Positions 1 to 7,964 of a DNA stretch of 27,700 nucleotides are shown here, piece by piece. Positions within the stretch are counted from its first letter, which is position 1. Every line of letters starts with the position of its first letter. The notes beneath the pieces were generated by a model. The model had not been told where the DNA came from, searched no databases, and saw nothing but the letters and a program-made list of their open reading frames with translations. The stretch is from Campylobacterota bacterium (lineage in GTDB: Bacteria > Campylobacterota > Campylobacteria > Campylobacterales > JALSKU01): contig JAADDL010000046.1 in NCBI GenBank assembly GCA_013153915.1, positions 1-27,700 of the forward strand, written 5' to 3'. The position numbers and the translations under genes were made by a program.

Positions 1-2
1 AC

Positions 3-113
3 TCTTTGGGGCTCGGGCTCAATATCGTTTCGAATATTTTAGAGTTACACGGGTTTGGACTTGAGATAGTAAGCGAAAAGGATAAAGGGAGTAGATTTTG
101 TATAGTTTTTTAG
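3..113 (+). CDS. C-terminal fragment of a sensor histidine kinase (HATPase_c domain), truncated by the window start
   Basis: Frame 3 reads SLGLGLNIVSNILELHGFGLEIVSEKDKGSRFCIVF*. This matches the G2 box (GLGL.IV..I...H) and terminal G..F strand of HATPase_c. Stop TAG at 111-113. Confidence 0.8.
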   Translation, partial: SLGLGLNIVSNILELHGFGLEIVSEKDKGSRFCIVF

Positions 114-134
114 CCCGAGAAGTCTCGGGCTAAA
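109..134. terminator. Hairpin between convergent genes, probable bidirectional intrinsic terminator
   Basis: Perfect 12-bp inverted repeat TTTAGCCCGAGA-ag-TCTCGGGCTAAA between the kinase stop (113) and the rhodanese stop (138). Confidence 0.75.
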
Positions 135-137
135 GTT

Positions 138-620
138 CTATTTTGTTAAAGTTATTTTTACATTTCCTAAGTGTAAACCGTTTTGAACCGGATTTCCGTC
201 TTGTATCCAAGCTTTGATACCGCCTTTTAATACATATACATTTTTAAAATTGTAATATTTTGCTAAAACAGCTGCTGCAAGTAAAGCTCTATGTCCTGTT
301 CTACAAACCATAATATAAGTATTGTTTGGTTTTAAAACACCTTTTTTAACTGCACCGTAAAGAACGCCTCTTGGAATGTTTAGAGTTCTTTTACAAGGTA
401 TCTGTCCGGCATATCTTTCGCTTGCTTCTCTAACATCAACAATATTGAATTTTTTACCGTCTTTCATCCAAGTTTTTAACTGCTGTACCGTTACATACTT
501 GTTTGCATATTTCAAAGCTTCTTGCTTTTGAGCCTTTACTCCGTCAAGCGGGTTGTAAGAACCTCCAAATAGCGCCGCCGCTAAAAAAGCCGCTAAAACG
601 ATCTTTCCCAATATTTTCAT
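138..620 (-). CDS. Exported single-domain rhodanese/sulfurtransferase
   Basis: Signal peptide MKILGKIVLAAFLAAALFG, then IVDVRE..E...G.IP, active-site loop CRTGHR and C-terminal LKGGIKAW. ATG at 620 is preferred over GTG at 623 because AGGAG (630-626) is 5 nt from the ATG. Confidence 0.85.
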   Translation of the reverse strand: MKILGKIVLAAFLAAALFGGSYNPLDGVKAQKQEALKYANKYVTVQQLKTWMKDGKKFNIVDVREASERYAGQIPCKRTLNIPRGVLYGAVKKGVLKPNNTYIMVCRTGHRALLAAAVLAKYYNFKNVYVLKGGIKAWIQDGNPVQNGLHLGNVKITLTK

Positions 621-647
621 CACTGCTCCTTATAATAAAATTAAGAA

Positions 648-656
648 ATTCTATCA
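648..656 (-). promoter_or_regulatory. Extended -10 element (TGnTAGAAT) for the rhodanese gene
   Basis: Minus strand reads TGATAGAAT, 28 nt upstream of the start codon. Confidence 0.5.
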
Positions 657-749
657 AATCAAAACTTAATCGGACATTTAAAAGTATTTTTTATATTAAA
701 AAAATTAACAATTTTTTTACACTTAAAGAGGGCTTATATAGTTTATATG

Positions 750-768
750 ATTGCTATAAATGAGCAAT
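750..768. promoter_or_regulatory. Candidate operator palindrome ATTGCT-N7-AGCAAT in the divergent promoter region
   Basis: 6-7-6 inverted repeat seen directly between the rhodanese and tetR promoters. Function is inferred. Confidence 0.3.
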
Positions 769-800
769 ATCGGTTAATAAAAATAATATATTTTTTGTAA

Positions 801-806
801 TATAAT
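801..806 (+). promoter_or_regulatory. sigma70 -10 box for the tetR-hydrogenase operon
   Basis: Perfect TATAAT preceded by a T-tract, 33 nt upstream of GTG 840. Confidence 0.55.
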
Positions 807-839
807 ATGACACTTATATATCTTTTTAAAGGATCAGGG

Positions 840-1430
840 GTGGCTATTTTTAAAAAAGAGGAAAAAAAGATCGGTATCATAGAGACTTCTTTAAAGCTGT
901 TCTCTAAAAAGGGATTTTACAACACGACTATACCCGATATCGCAAAAACACTAAATATGAGCGTAGGCAATATGTATAACTACTTCTCTTCAAAAGAGGA
1001 GTTGGCTATGGCTATCATGCGCTATACTTCGGATATACTCGGAGAGAAGATAAGAAAGATAAACAATATGAAAATCACCACTAAAGAGAAGATAAGAAAG
1101 ATAGTGGCGATGTATTTTGAAATAGCGAACAAAAGACCGGAGATGATAGAGTATTTTTTAAGGGTTTATCTATCCAACAGAGATATATTTAAAAACGGTT
1201 GTGAGGGTATGATATGCGTGTCGGCTTTCGTGACTGAGATTATGATATTTTTTGAAGAGGGTGTTAGGTGCGGTGAGCTTAGAGACCAAGACTTCTTTAG
1301 CGCTTTTGGACTTTTTATGGGTTATTTAGGCGGAATGGTCTTTTTAAACGGCGAGGGTGTTTTGGAAAAAAGCTTAAACGACTATATAGACGATATTAGC
1401 GAAAATATCTATTTTGCACTGAAAGCTTGA
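840..1430 (+). CDS. TetR/AcrR-family transcriptional regulator
   Basis: N-terminal HTH IIETSLKLFSKKGFYNTTIPDIAKTLNMSVGNMYNYFSSKEEL. Start placed at GTG 840 (AAAGGA at 828-833), because the ORF-track ATG 807 directly abuts the TATAAT box. Confidence 0.92.
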   Translation: MAIFKKEEKKIGIIETSLKLFSKKGFYNTTIPDIAKTLNMSVGNMYNYFSSKEELAMAIMRYTSDILGEKIRKINNMKITTKEKIRKIVAMYFEIANKRPEMIEYFLRVYLSNRDIFKNGCEGMICVSAFVTEIMIFFEEGVRCGELRDQDFFSAFGLFMGYLGGMVFLNGEGVLEKSLNDYIDDISENIYFALKA

Positions 1431-1433
1431 TGC

Positions 1434-2303
1434 GTGAAGAGTAAAGTTTTATGGATACAGGGTATAACTTGCAACGGCAATACTCAATCCTTTTTAAACT
1501 ATCCCAATATGGAGTATCTTTTAGATAGATACGACTTTTTATACCATCCGTTTTTAGATAGCTCTTTAAGCGTCAATGAGGCGTTAAGATACGATAAAAA
1601 GTTTGATTTTTTGATTGTCGAGGGAGCTGTCTCAAAAGAGTTTATAAGAGCCGGAGAAAACTTTTATCAATCCGTTAAAAAACTTGCGAAAAATGCCAAA
1701 TATATCTTGGCTTTAGGGACTTGTGCGGTATATGGGGGTATCTTTAAAGAGAAAGACCCCAAAAATATAACCGGAGTTTTGTATGACAAAGATGAAGAAA
1801 AAGGGCTTTTAAAAGAGTTTAAAGATAAAGTTGTCAATATCCCCGGTTGTCCGGCGCACCCGGAATGGATTGTGTTTGTTTTGGATTCTCTAAAGGATAG
1901 AGGAGCCGTTATAACGGATGAGTTAAAAAGACCAAAAGAGATATACGGCTATCTAACTCATCATGGATGCACCAGAAATGAGTATTTTGAGTGGAAAGTG
2001 GATAGTAAGGATTTTGGCACCAAAGAGGGGTGTCTTTTTTATCTACAAGGGTGCAGGGCTCCTACGACTCACGGAAGTTGCAACAGAATATTGTGGAATG
2101 AGGTAAACTCCAAAACAAGATCGGGAAGTCCGTGCTTTGGGTGTACCGAGAGTAGTTTTCCAAGAAGCAATATGTTTGAAACAAAAACATTTATGTCCAT
2201 CCCCGCCGATTTGCCCGTAGGTGTATCGAAAAGGGCTTATTTGACGGTTACGGGTATCGCAAAAACCTTCCATATAAAGAGATTGAAAGATAGATTGATA
2301 TGA
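1434..2303 (+). CDS. Cytoplasmic [NiFe]-hydrogenase small subunit, group 2 type (2d-like, HupS/HuaS-like)
   Basis: No Tat signal. Proximal motif WIQGITCNGNT has Asn at the second Cys position, as in group 2a/2d. Also GTCAVYGG, PGCPAHP, HHGCTRNEYF, GCLFYLQGCRAP and PCFGCTE. Confidence 0.88.
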   Translation: MKSKVLWIQGITCNGNTQSFLNYPNMEYLLDRYDFLYHPFLDSSLSVNEALRYDKKFDFLIVEGAVSKEFIRAGENFYQSVKKLAKNAKYILALGTCAVYGGIFKEKDPKNITGVLYDKDEEKGLLKEFKDKVVNIPGCPAHPEWIVFVLDSLKDRGAVITDELKRPKEIYGYLTHHGCTRNEYFEWKVDSKDFGTKEGCLFYLQGCRAPTTHGSCNRILWNEVNSKTRSGSPCFGCTESSFPRSNMFETKTFMSIPADLPVGVSKRAYLTVTGIAKTFHIKRLKDRLI

Positions 2304-3601
2304 AGATAACAAAAGAGATTATTGAAAAGATTGAAGGCGAAGCGAAGCTTGAACTTGAGTGGAAAAAAGGCAAAGTAGTCTCTTCTAAGGTGAAATTTTT
2401 TAGCTATAGAGGTTTAGAAGAGATTATAGAGGGCAGACACCCTATGGACGCTCTTGTGCTTACCCCGAGAGTCTGCGGTATTTGCGGTCATGCCCAGTTG
2501 ATGGCTTGTGTTCATACTTTGGAAAATCTTTATGAAAATTGCGGCGTAAAACTTCATCTAAGCGATAAAGCCAAAAATATCAGAGATATCACTCTTGATG
2601 CCGAAATCATACAAAACCATATAAAATGGCTCTACTTTATCATTTTGCCTATACTATATAGGATAGACGGCAAAGAGTTTGAAAAGCAAAAGATATTTAA
2701 AGCTTTAAACGTAGCCGTTACGGCAACCAAACTCATAGCCGTATTTGCGGGACAGTGGCCTCACAACTCATATATGATACCCGGGGGCGTAGTTTGCGAC
2801 CCTACTTATGTGGAGATTCATCAAGCCAAATCTCTTATAAAAGGTATAATATCCTTTTTTGAAAAAGAGATAGTCAAAACAAAGCTCGGAAATTGTACCG
2901 AGGTAGATAATTTTAAAGAGATACTTGATTGTGGCGGAGTTATGAGCGAAGTTTACGATATCTTGGATAGAAACGATATAAGCGAGGTCGGAAAAGCACA
3001 CGATAGATTTATAGCTTTTGGGGAAAATTCCATCTTCAAATCGGCAAAAGCCATAAGAACTATCACAAGGGCGGTGCACTCAAGATATATCCAAGAGGAG
3101 AGCTTGGACTTTACATATGCTAAAAATGTAAAATATAACGGCAAGTTTTACGAAGTGGGACCTTTGGCAAGGGCTATGGTGGCAAAAAATCCGCTTGCAA
3201 AGAGTATCCATAGAGTATATAAAGATTCGCTTTTAAGCAGAATAGTTTTGAAAATAATGGAGATAGCCTACCTTAGCAAGCATATTGAAAAAAAGCTTAA
3301 CGAGATAGACTTAAACGAAGAGTCTTACATAAAACCTAAAGTCAAGATAGAGTCCCTTGAGGGGAAAGGAGAAGGGTTTGCCGAAGCCGCAAGGGGTTCT
3401 TTATATCATAGTATTGAGGTTGAAAACGGAAAGATAAAAAGCTACGATATCATCACCCCGACACAGTGGAATTTGGGAAATAGCGTCGATAAAGGTGAGT
3501 TATCTACCATCCAGCAAGCGCTTTTGGGACTTGATAACGAAGATGTGGTATCTTTGGTCTTTAGAAGTTTTGACGAGTGTTCCGTTTGCACCACTCATTG
3601 A
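2300..3601 (+). CDS. Cytoplasmic [NiFe]-hydrogenase large subunit, group 2 type (2d-like, HupL/HuaL-like)
   Basis: L1 motif PRVCGICGHAQ and L2 motif SFDECSVCTTH followed directly by the stop. ATGA overlap with the small subunit. Confidence 0.9.
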   Translation: MKITKEIIEKIEGEAKLELEWKKGKVVSSKVKFFSYRGLEEIIEGRHPMDALVLTPRVCGICGHAQLMACVHTLENLYENCGVKLHLSDKAKNIRDITLDAEIIQNHIKWLYFIILPILYRIDGKEFEKQKIFKALNVAVTATKLIAVFAGQWPHNSYMIPGGVVCDPTYVEIHQAKSLIKGIISFFEKEIVKTKLGNCTEVDNFKEILDCGGVMSEVYDILDRNDISEVGKAHDRFIAFGENSIFKSAKAIRTITRAVHSRYIQEESLDFTYAKNVKYNGKFYEVGPLARAMVAKNPLAKSIHRVYKDSLLSRIVLKIMEIAYLSKHIEKKLNEIDLNEESYIKPKVKIESLEGKGEGFAEAARGSLYHSIEVENGKIKSYDIITPTQWNLGNSVDKGELSTIQQALLGLDNEDVVSLVFRSFDECSVCTTH

Positions 3602-3684
3602 TAATCCCCGCAAATAACAATCATAACTTAATAAGTTGAGATAAATTTTACTTAAATTCATTTTTTTAATCATATTTAAAGGTT

Positions 3685-3719
3685 GAATGAATTATCATTC
3701 TATAAATGAATATTCGTAC
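3685..3719. promoter_or_regulatory. Tandem palindromic operator-like sites upstream of hydA
   Basis: GAATGA-atta-TCATTC (3685-3700, perfect 6-bp arms) and a degenerate AAATGA-atat-TCGTAC (3704-3719), ending at the AGGAGG RBS (3720-3725). Confidence 0.5.
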
Positions 3720-3731
3720 AGGAGGTCTTAT

Positions 3732-4889
3732 ATGAACAGAGGTGAAGAGTCGCTAAAGAGAACTTTTAGCAAAAGACTTAAAGAGTTGGCGAAACTTCCT
3801 AAAATCGATGAAAATAAATCGATCTCGTCGATTATGGAAGAAGAAGGAATAAGCAGAAGAGATTTTATGAAGTGGGCGGGCGCTATGACCGCATTTCTCG
3901 GACTCTCCTCTACTTTTACCCCGACAGTTGCGAAAGCGGCAAAACTTGCGGATAGATTGCCGGTTATTTGGCTACATATGGCGGAGTGTACGGGATGTAG
4001 CGAGAGTCTTATAAGGACGGCTACCCCTACGATAGATAGTTTGATATTTGATTATATCTCCTTGGATTATCATGAGACATTGATGGCGGCTGCGGGGTGG
4101 CAAGCCGAAGAAAATCTTGAAAACTCCATCAAGAAGTATAAAGGCAGATATATATTGATGGTCGAGGGAGGTATTCCTACCGGTGATGCCGGTAATTTTC
4201 TTACTATAGGCGGTCACGGTAAAAAAGGAAAAGACATAGCAAAAGACGCGGCAAGCGATGCGGCGGCGATATTTGCCATAGGTACATGTTCTAGTTTCGG
4301 AGGAGTGCAAGCGGCGGCTCCAAACCCTACAAGTGCGGTACCGTTGAGTAAAGTGACAAATAAACCGGTTATCAATGTGCCGGGTTGTCCTCCAAGCGCA
4401 AAGAATATAGTAGGCACTTTACTTCACTTTATACTTTTTGGCACTCTTCCCGCACTTGACGCTTTCAATAGACCTAAGTGGGCTTACGGACATAGGATAC
4501 ATGACCTTTGTGAAAGAAGAGGACATTTTGATGCGGGTGAATTTGTAGAACAGTTCGGCGACGAGGGGGCGAAAAACGGATATTGTCTATATAAAGTCGG
4601 CTGTAAAGGTCCTTATACTTTCAATAACTGTTCAAGAGAGAGATTTAACCAGCACACATCTTGGCCCGTTCAAGCGGGACACGGCTGTATAGGTTGTAGC
4701 GAACCTGACTTTTGGGATAGCATGGGACCGTACGAAGAGCCTGTGGCGGATCATCTTTATAAAACCGTTTTCGGCGGACTCGGTGCGGATGCTACGGCGG
4801 ATAAGATAGGCTTGGGACTTTTGACGGTAACGGCCGTAGGTATAGCCGCTCATGCCGCCATATCGGTAGTTAAAAAACCAAAAGAATAA
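3732..4889 (+). CDS. hydA: Group 1b membrane-bound uptake [NiFe]-hydrogenase small subunit
   Basis: Tat motif SRRDFMK, AECTGCSES, GTCSSFGG, PGCPP, HDLCERRGHF, CLYKVGCKGP, GHGCIGCSE and a C-terminal membrane anchor. Start at ATG 3732 with AGGAGG 6 nt upstream. Confidence 0.96.
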   Translation: MNRGEESLKRTFSKRLKELAKLPKIDENKSISSIMEEEGISRRDFMKWAGAMTAFLGLSSTFTPTVAKAAKLADRLPVIWLHMAECTGCSESLIRTATPTIDSLIFDYISLDYHETLMAAAGWQAEENLENSIKKYKGRYILMVEGGIPTGDAGNFLTIGGHGKKGKDIAKDAASDAAAIFAIGTCSSFGGVQAAAPNPTSAVPLSKVTNKPVINVPGCPPSAKNIVGTLLHFILFGTLPALDAFNRPKWAYGHRIHDLCERRGHFDAGEFVEQFGDEGAKNGYCLYKVGCKGPYTFNNCSRERFNQHTSWPVQAGHGCIGCSEPDFWDSMGPYEEPVADHLYKTVFGGLGADATADKIGLGLLTVTAVGIAAHAAISVVKKPKE

Positions 4890-4905
4890 CCTAAGGAGAA
4901 TATAA

Positions 4906-6642
4906 ATGGCAACAAAAAGAGTAGTAGTAGACCCGATTACTAGAATAGAAGGACACTTAAGAGCCGAAGTGGTCGTTGATGAAAACAATGTGGTAAAAGA
5001 GGCGTATGTCGGCTCGACGCTTTGGAGAGGTTTGGAGGTGATAGCAAAAGGTAGAGACCCAAGGGATGTGCCTTTTATCATGCAAAGAATATGCGGTGTT
5101 TGTACATATTCGCACTATCTAAAAAGCACTATGGCGGTAGAGGACGCTCTTGGTATCAAGCCTCCTTTAAATGCGGAGCTTACTAGGACGCTTATGAATG
5201 CCGCTTTGTTTTTGCATGATCACCCCGTACACTTTTATCAACTTCACGGAGTTGACTGGGTGGATGTAGTTTCGGCTTTGAGTGCCGATCCTAAAAAAGC
5301 GAGCGAGCTTGCTTTTAAATATAGCGACAATCCTATCGGTACGGGAGAGAACGAATTAAAAGCGGTACAAGAAAGAGTGGCTAAATTTGCCAAATCTCCT
5401 ATGGGGCTTGGACCGTTCGCTAACGCTTACTGGGGACATAAAACTTACCACTTCACGCCCGAGCAAAACTTGATAGCTCTTTCACACTATCTAAAGACGC
5501 TTGAGATGCAAAGAACGGCGGCTCAAATGTTGGCGATATTCGGCGGAAAGATGCCTCATCCTCAAAGTTTAACCGTAGGCGGCGTAACTTGTGTTATGGA
5601 TCTTTTGGATCCTGCCAGACTTGGAGAGTATATGGTAAAATTCCAAGAGATGGCTAACTTTGTCAATAACGCTTATTATGCCGATTTATTGATGGCTGCC
5701 GAAGCTTATAAAGCAGAGCCGTCCGTAACGATGCCTTCGGGAGTGAAGGATTTTATGGCATACAAAGAGTTCTTGGTGGGAAGAGACGATTATCTGTTTG
5801 AGAGCGGATATATCACCGATAGAGATTTAAGCAAAGTGTATGAGATAGACACCAAACTCATAACCGAAGAGGCGACACACTCATGGTATAAGGATAATGA
5901 AGCCTTGCATCCGTACGACGGCAAAACAAATCCTAACTATACGGGATTTGTAGAGGGTAAAAGCGTCGGAAGCAACGGAGAGATGATAGATAGCAAACTC
6001 TTTAACGAAAAAGAGAAATACTCTTGGATAAAAGCTCCAAGATACGATAAAAAACCTATGGAGGTAGGACCTCTTGCCTGCTTGGTGGTAAACTACGCAA
6101 AAGGAAACAAGAGAGTTACGAAAGCGGTAAATGAATTTTTACAAAAGACGGGATTGCCTCCTGCGGCTTTATTTACTACGCTCGGTAGAACGGCGGCTAG
6201 AATGTTGCAAACTAAGATAATAGCCGACAACGCTTTGACGGCGTTTAATAGCTTGGTGGAAAATCTAAAGGTTGACCAAAGCACTTGCGCTCCGTATGTG
6301 ATAGATAAAAATAAAGAGTACAAAGGTCTTGGTATCGGAGATGTTCCAAGGGGTATGCTAAGTCACTGGATAAGGATCAAAAACGGAGTTGTGGAGAATT
6401 ATCAAGCCGTAGTGCCTAGTACTTGGAACGCAAGTCCGATGGACGCAAACGGCGTTCACGGACCTTATGAGGCAAATTTGTTGGGTCTAAAGATAGACGA
6501 TCTTTCAAAACCTTTGGAAATAATTAGGATAATCCACTCATTTGATCCTTGTATAGCTTGTGCCGTTCATGTTATGGACACCAAAGGTAATGAGTTGGGT
6601 AGCTATAAGGTAGATCCGTTGTACGGCGGATGCAGTCTATAA
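4906..6642 (+). CDS. hydB: Group 1b [NiFe]-hydrogenase large subunit
   Basis: DPITRIEGHL, QRICGVCTYSH and FDPCIACAVH, followed by a cleavable C-terminal extension. RBS AAGGAG. Confidence 0.97.
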   Translation: MATKRVVVDPITRIEGHLRAEVVVDENNVVKEAYVGSTLWRGLEVIAKGRDPRDVPFIMQRICGVCTYSHYLKSTMAVEDALGIKPPLNAELTRTLMNAALFLHDHPVHFYQLHGVDWVDVVSALSADPKKASELAFKYSDNPIGTGENELKAVQERVAKFAKSPMGLGPFANAYWGHKTYHFTPEQNLIALSHYLKTLEMQRTAAQMLAIFGGKMPHPQSLTVGGVTCVMDLLDPARLGEYMVKFQEMANFVNNAYYADLLMAAEAYKAEPSVTMPSGVKDFMAYKEFLVGRDDYLFESGYITDRDLSKVYEIDTKLITEEATHSWYKDNEALHPYDGKTNPNYTGFVEGKSVGSNGEMIDSKLFNEKEKYSWIKAPRYDKKPMEVGPLACLVVNYAKGNKRVTKAVNEFLQKTGLPPAALFTTLGRTAARMLQTKIIADNALTAFNSLVENLKVDQSTCAPYVIDKNKEYKGLGIGDVPRGMLSHWIRIKNGVVENYQAVVPSTWNASPMDANGVHGPYEANLLGLKIDDLSKPLEIIRIIHSFDPCIACAVHVMDTKGNELGSYKVDPLYGGCSL

Positions 6643-6653
6643 AGGAGTAGATA

Positions 6654-7337
6654 ATGGCGGAAATACATACACAGTGTTTAGAGAGAGAAGAGGAGTTTAC
6701 GCCTTCTTATAGATGGCAACACTGGATAAGGGCTTTATCTATAGTTGTTTTGGTGGCGACGGGATTTTATATAGCCGTTCCTTTTATAACCCCTGCGCCA
6801 AATCCTGAGCCGACGGGAGCTTTGCAGAGCTATTTTAGAGCTTTTCATCTCTTTTTCGGCTTTTTATTGATAGCGGTAGTCATTTTTAAAAGCTACATCT
6901 TCCTTTTTGTTAAAGACAGTACGGGAGAGAGAAAGTCCTTGGCGGATCTTTTTTCTCCCTCTGTTTGGGCAAAGCAGATAGGATACTATCTGTTTATAAC
7001 AAGACATCCGAAGCTAAGAGGGACATACAATCCCGTACAGTTTGCGGCTTATATAGGATTTTATCTGATGATATTCGGTATCATTTTGACGGGACTTATG
7101 CTTTATGTGCAAGTTTATCACGACGGACTTGCGGGTGCGCTTTATGCGCCTATGATGAAATTGACCGCTATGATGGGCGGGCTTGCCGTAGTAAGAGAAG
7201 TGCATCATATACTCACTTGGGGTATTATACTTTTCGTAACGGTGCATATCTATATGGCGACATTTAACGCAATTTACGGAAAAGACGGCTCTATGGACGC
7301 TATCTTTAGCGGTCTAAAGTGGCATAGCAAACACTAA
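6654..7337 (+). CDS. hydC: Hydrogenase cytochrome b subunit (quinone-reactive)
   Basis: Four hydrophobic segments with heme-ligand His residues (WQHWIRA, FHLFFG, VHHILTW, VHIYMA) and the YNPVQ motif. Confidence 0.93.
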   Translation: MAEIHTQCLEREEEFTPSYRWQHWIRALSIVVLVATGFYIAVPFITPAPNPEPTGALQSYFRAFHLFFGFLLIAVVIFKSYIFLFVKDSTGERKSLADLFSPSVWAKQIGYYLFITRHPKLRGTYNPVQFAAYIGFYLMIFGIILTGLMLYVQVYHDGLAGALYAPMMKLTAMMGGLAVVREVHHILTWGIILFVTVHIYMATFNAIYGKDGSMDAIFSGLKWHSKH

Positions 7338-7342
7338 TATCT

Positions 7343-7370
7343 TACAAAGGTCGAATTTTCGACCTTTGTA
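7343..7370 (+). terminator. Stem-loop after hydC (terminator or mRNA stabiliser)
   Basis: Perfect 13-bp inverted repeat TACAAAGGTCGAA-tt-TTCGACCTTTGTA followed by CCTCTTTATTTG. Confidence 0.7.
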
Positions 7371-7385
7371 CCTCTTTATTTGTAG

Positions 7386-7391
7386 TATAAT
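7386..7391 (+). promoter_or_regulatory. Internal -10 box for the hydD-hydE-hypF maturation genes
   Basis: Perfect TATAAT just downstream of the hairpin, 27 nt before GTG 7419. Confidence 0.5.
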
Positions 7392-7418
7392 AACACTTCC
7401 GACTTGAAAGGATATTTT

Positions 7419-7964
7419 GTGAAGATTTTAATACTCGGTATCGGCAATGTGCTTTTCGGAGATGAGGGTATAGGTGCGTATATGGCGCACTATCTCAATA
7501 AAAATTACGCTTTTATCTCCGATGAGCATAGTGTGGATGTGGTTGACGGCGGAACTTTGGCTCAAAGACTTATACCTATCATAGTCGAGTACGATATGGT
7601 CTATATAGTTGATTGCGTGGATGTCAAAGACGCAAAAGTGGGGGATGTGTTCTTTTTTGATTATGAAAAGATGCCTCCATATATAACTTGGCAGGGGAGT
7701 GCTCATGAAGTTGAGATGCTTCAGACCTTGCAAATGATAGATATGTACGGAGATAGACCGCCTACGAAGATAGTAGGGGTTGTGCCTTATGTGATAGGAG
7801 AGGATTCCACTTTTAGCTTGACGGACGATATGAAAAAATCGGCGGGAACAATACTAAAAATCATACTTGACGAACTTGAAAAACTGGGAGTCAAATCCGT
7901 AAAAAAGGCAAACTATACGCTTGATGAGGTGATAGAGGGGGTTTGTTTGGAGGGTGTTAGATGA
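7419..7964 (+). CDS. hydD: Hydrogenase maturation endopeptidase
   Basis: ILGIGNVLFGDEGIG, VDGGT, IVDCV and SAHE motifs. Start placed at GTG 7419 (AAAGGA at 7407-7412). Confidence 0.94.
   Translation: MKILILGIGNVLFGDEGIGAYMAHYLNKNYAFISDEHSVDVVDGGTLAQRLIPIIVEYDMVYIVDCVDVKDAKVGDVFFFDYEKMPPYITWQGSAHEVEMLQTLQMIDMYGDRPPTKIVGVVPYVIGEDSTFSLTDDMKKSAGTILKIILDELEKLGVKSVKKANYTLDEVIEGVCLEGVR

Noticed and set aside
741-768. sigma54 promoter suggested by TTGCT
   Set aside because: No GG at the -24 position on either strand.
807-839. ORF-track start for TetR at ATG 807
   Set aside because: It directly abuts TATAAT (801-806) and has no RBS. GTG 840 has AAAGGA at good spacing.
3625-3637. Palindrome AACTTA-A-TAAGTT between the two hydrogenase operons
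   Set aside because: Short and nearly all A/T, with no second copy found. It cannot be told from chance.
3687-3731. ORF-track N-terminal extension of hydA
   Set aside because: It overlaps the operator-like palindromes. ATG 3732 has AGGAGG 6 nt upstream.
3732-3860. Long (~40 aa) leader before the twin-arginine motif of HydA
   Set aside because: Long HydA leaders are a recognised feature of Campylobacterota, so this is not novel.
3732-4889. Possible O2-tolerant (group 1d, 6-Cys proximal cluster) hydrogenase
   Set aside because: The supernumerary cysteines are absent (CTGCSES and FGGVQ).
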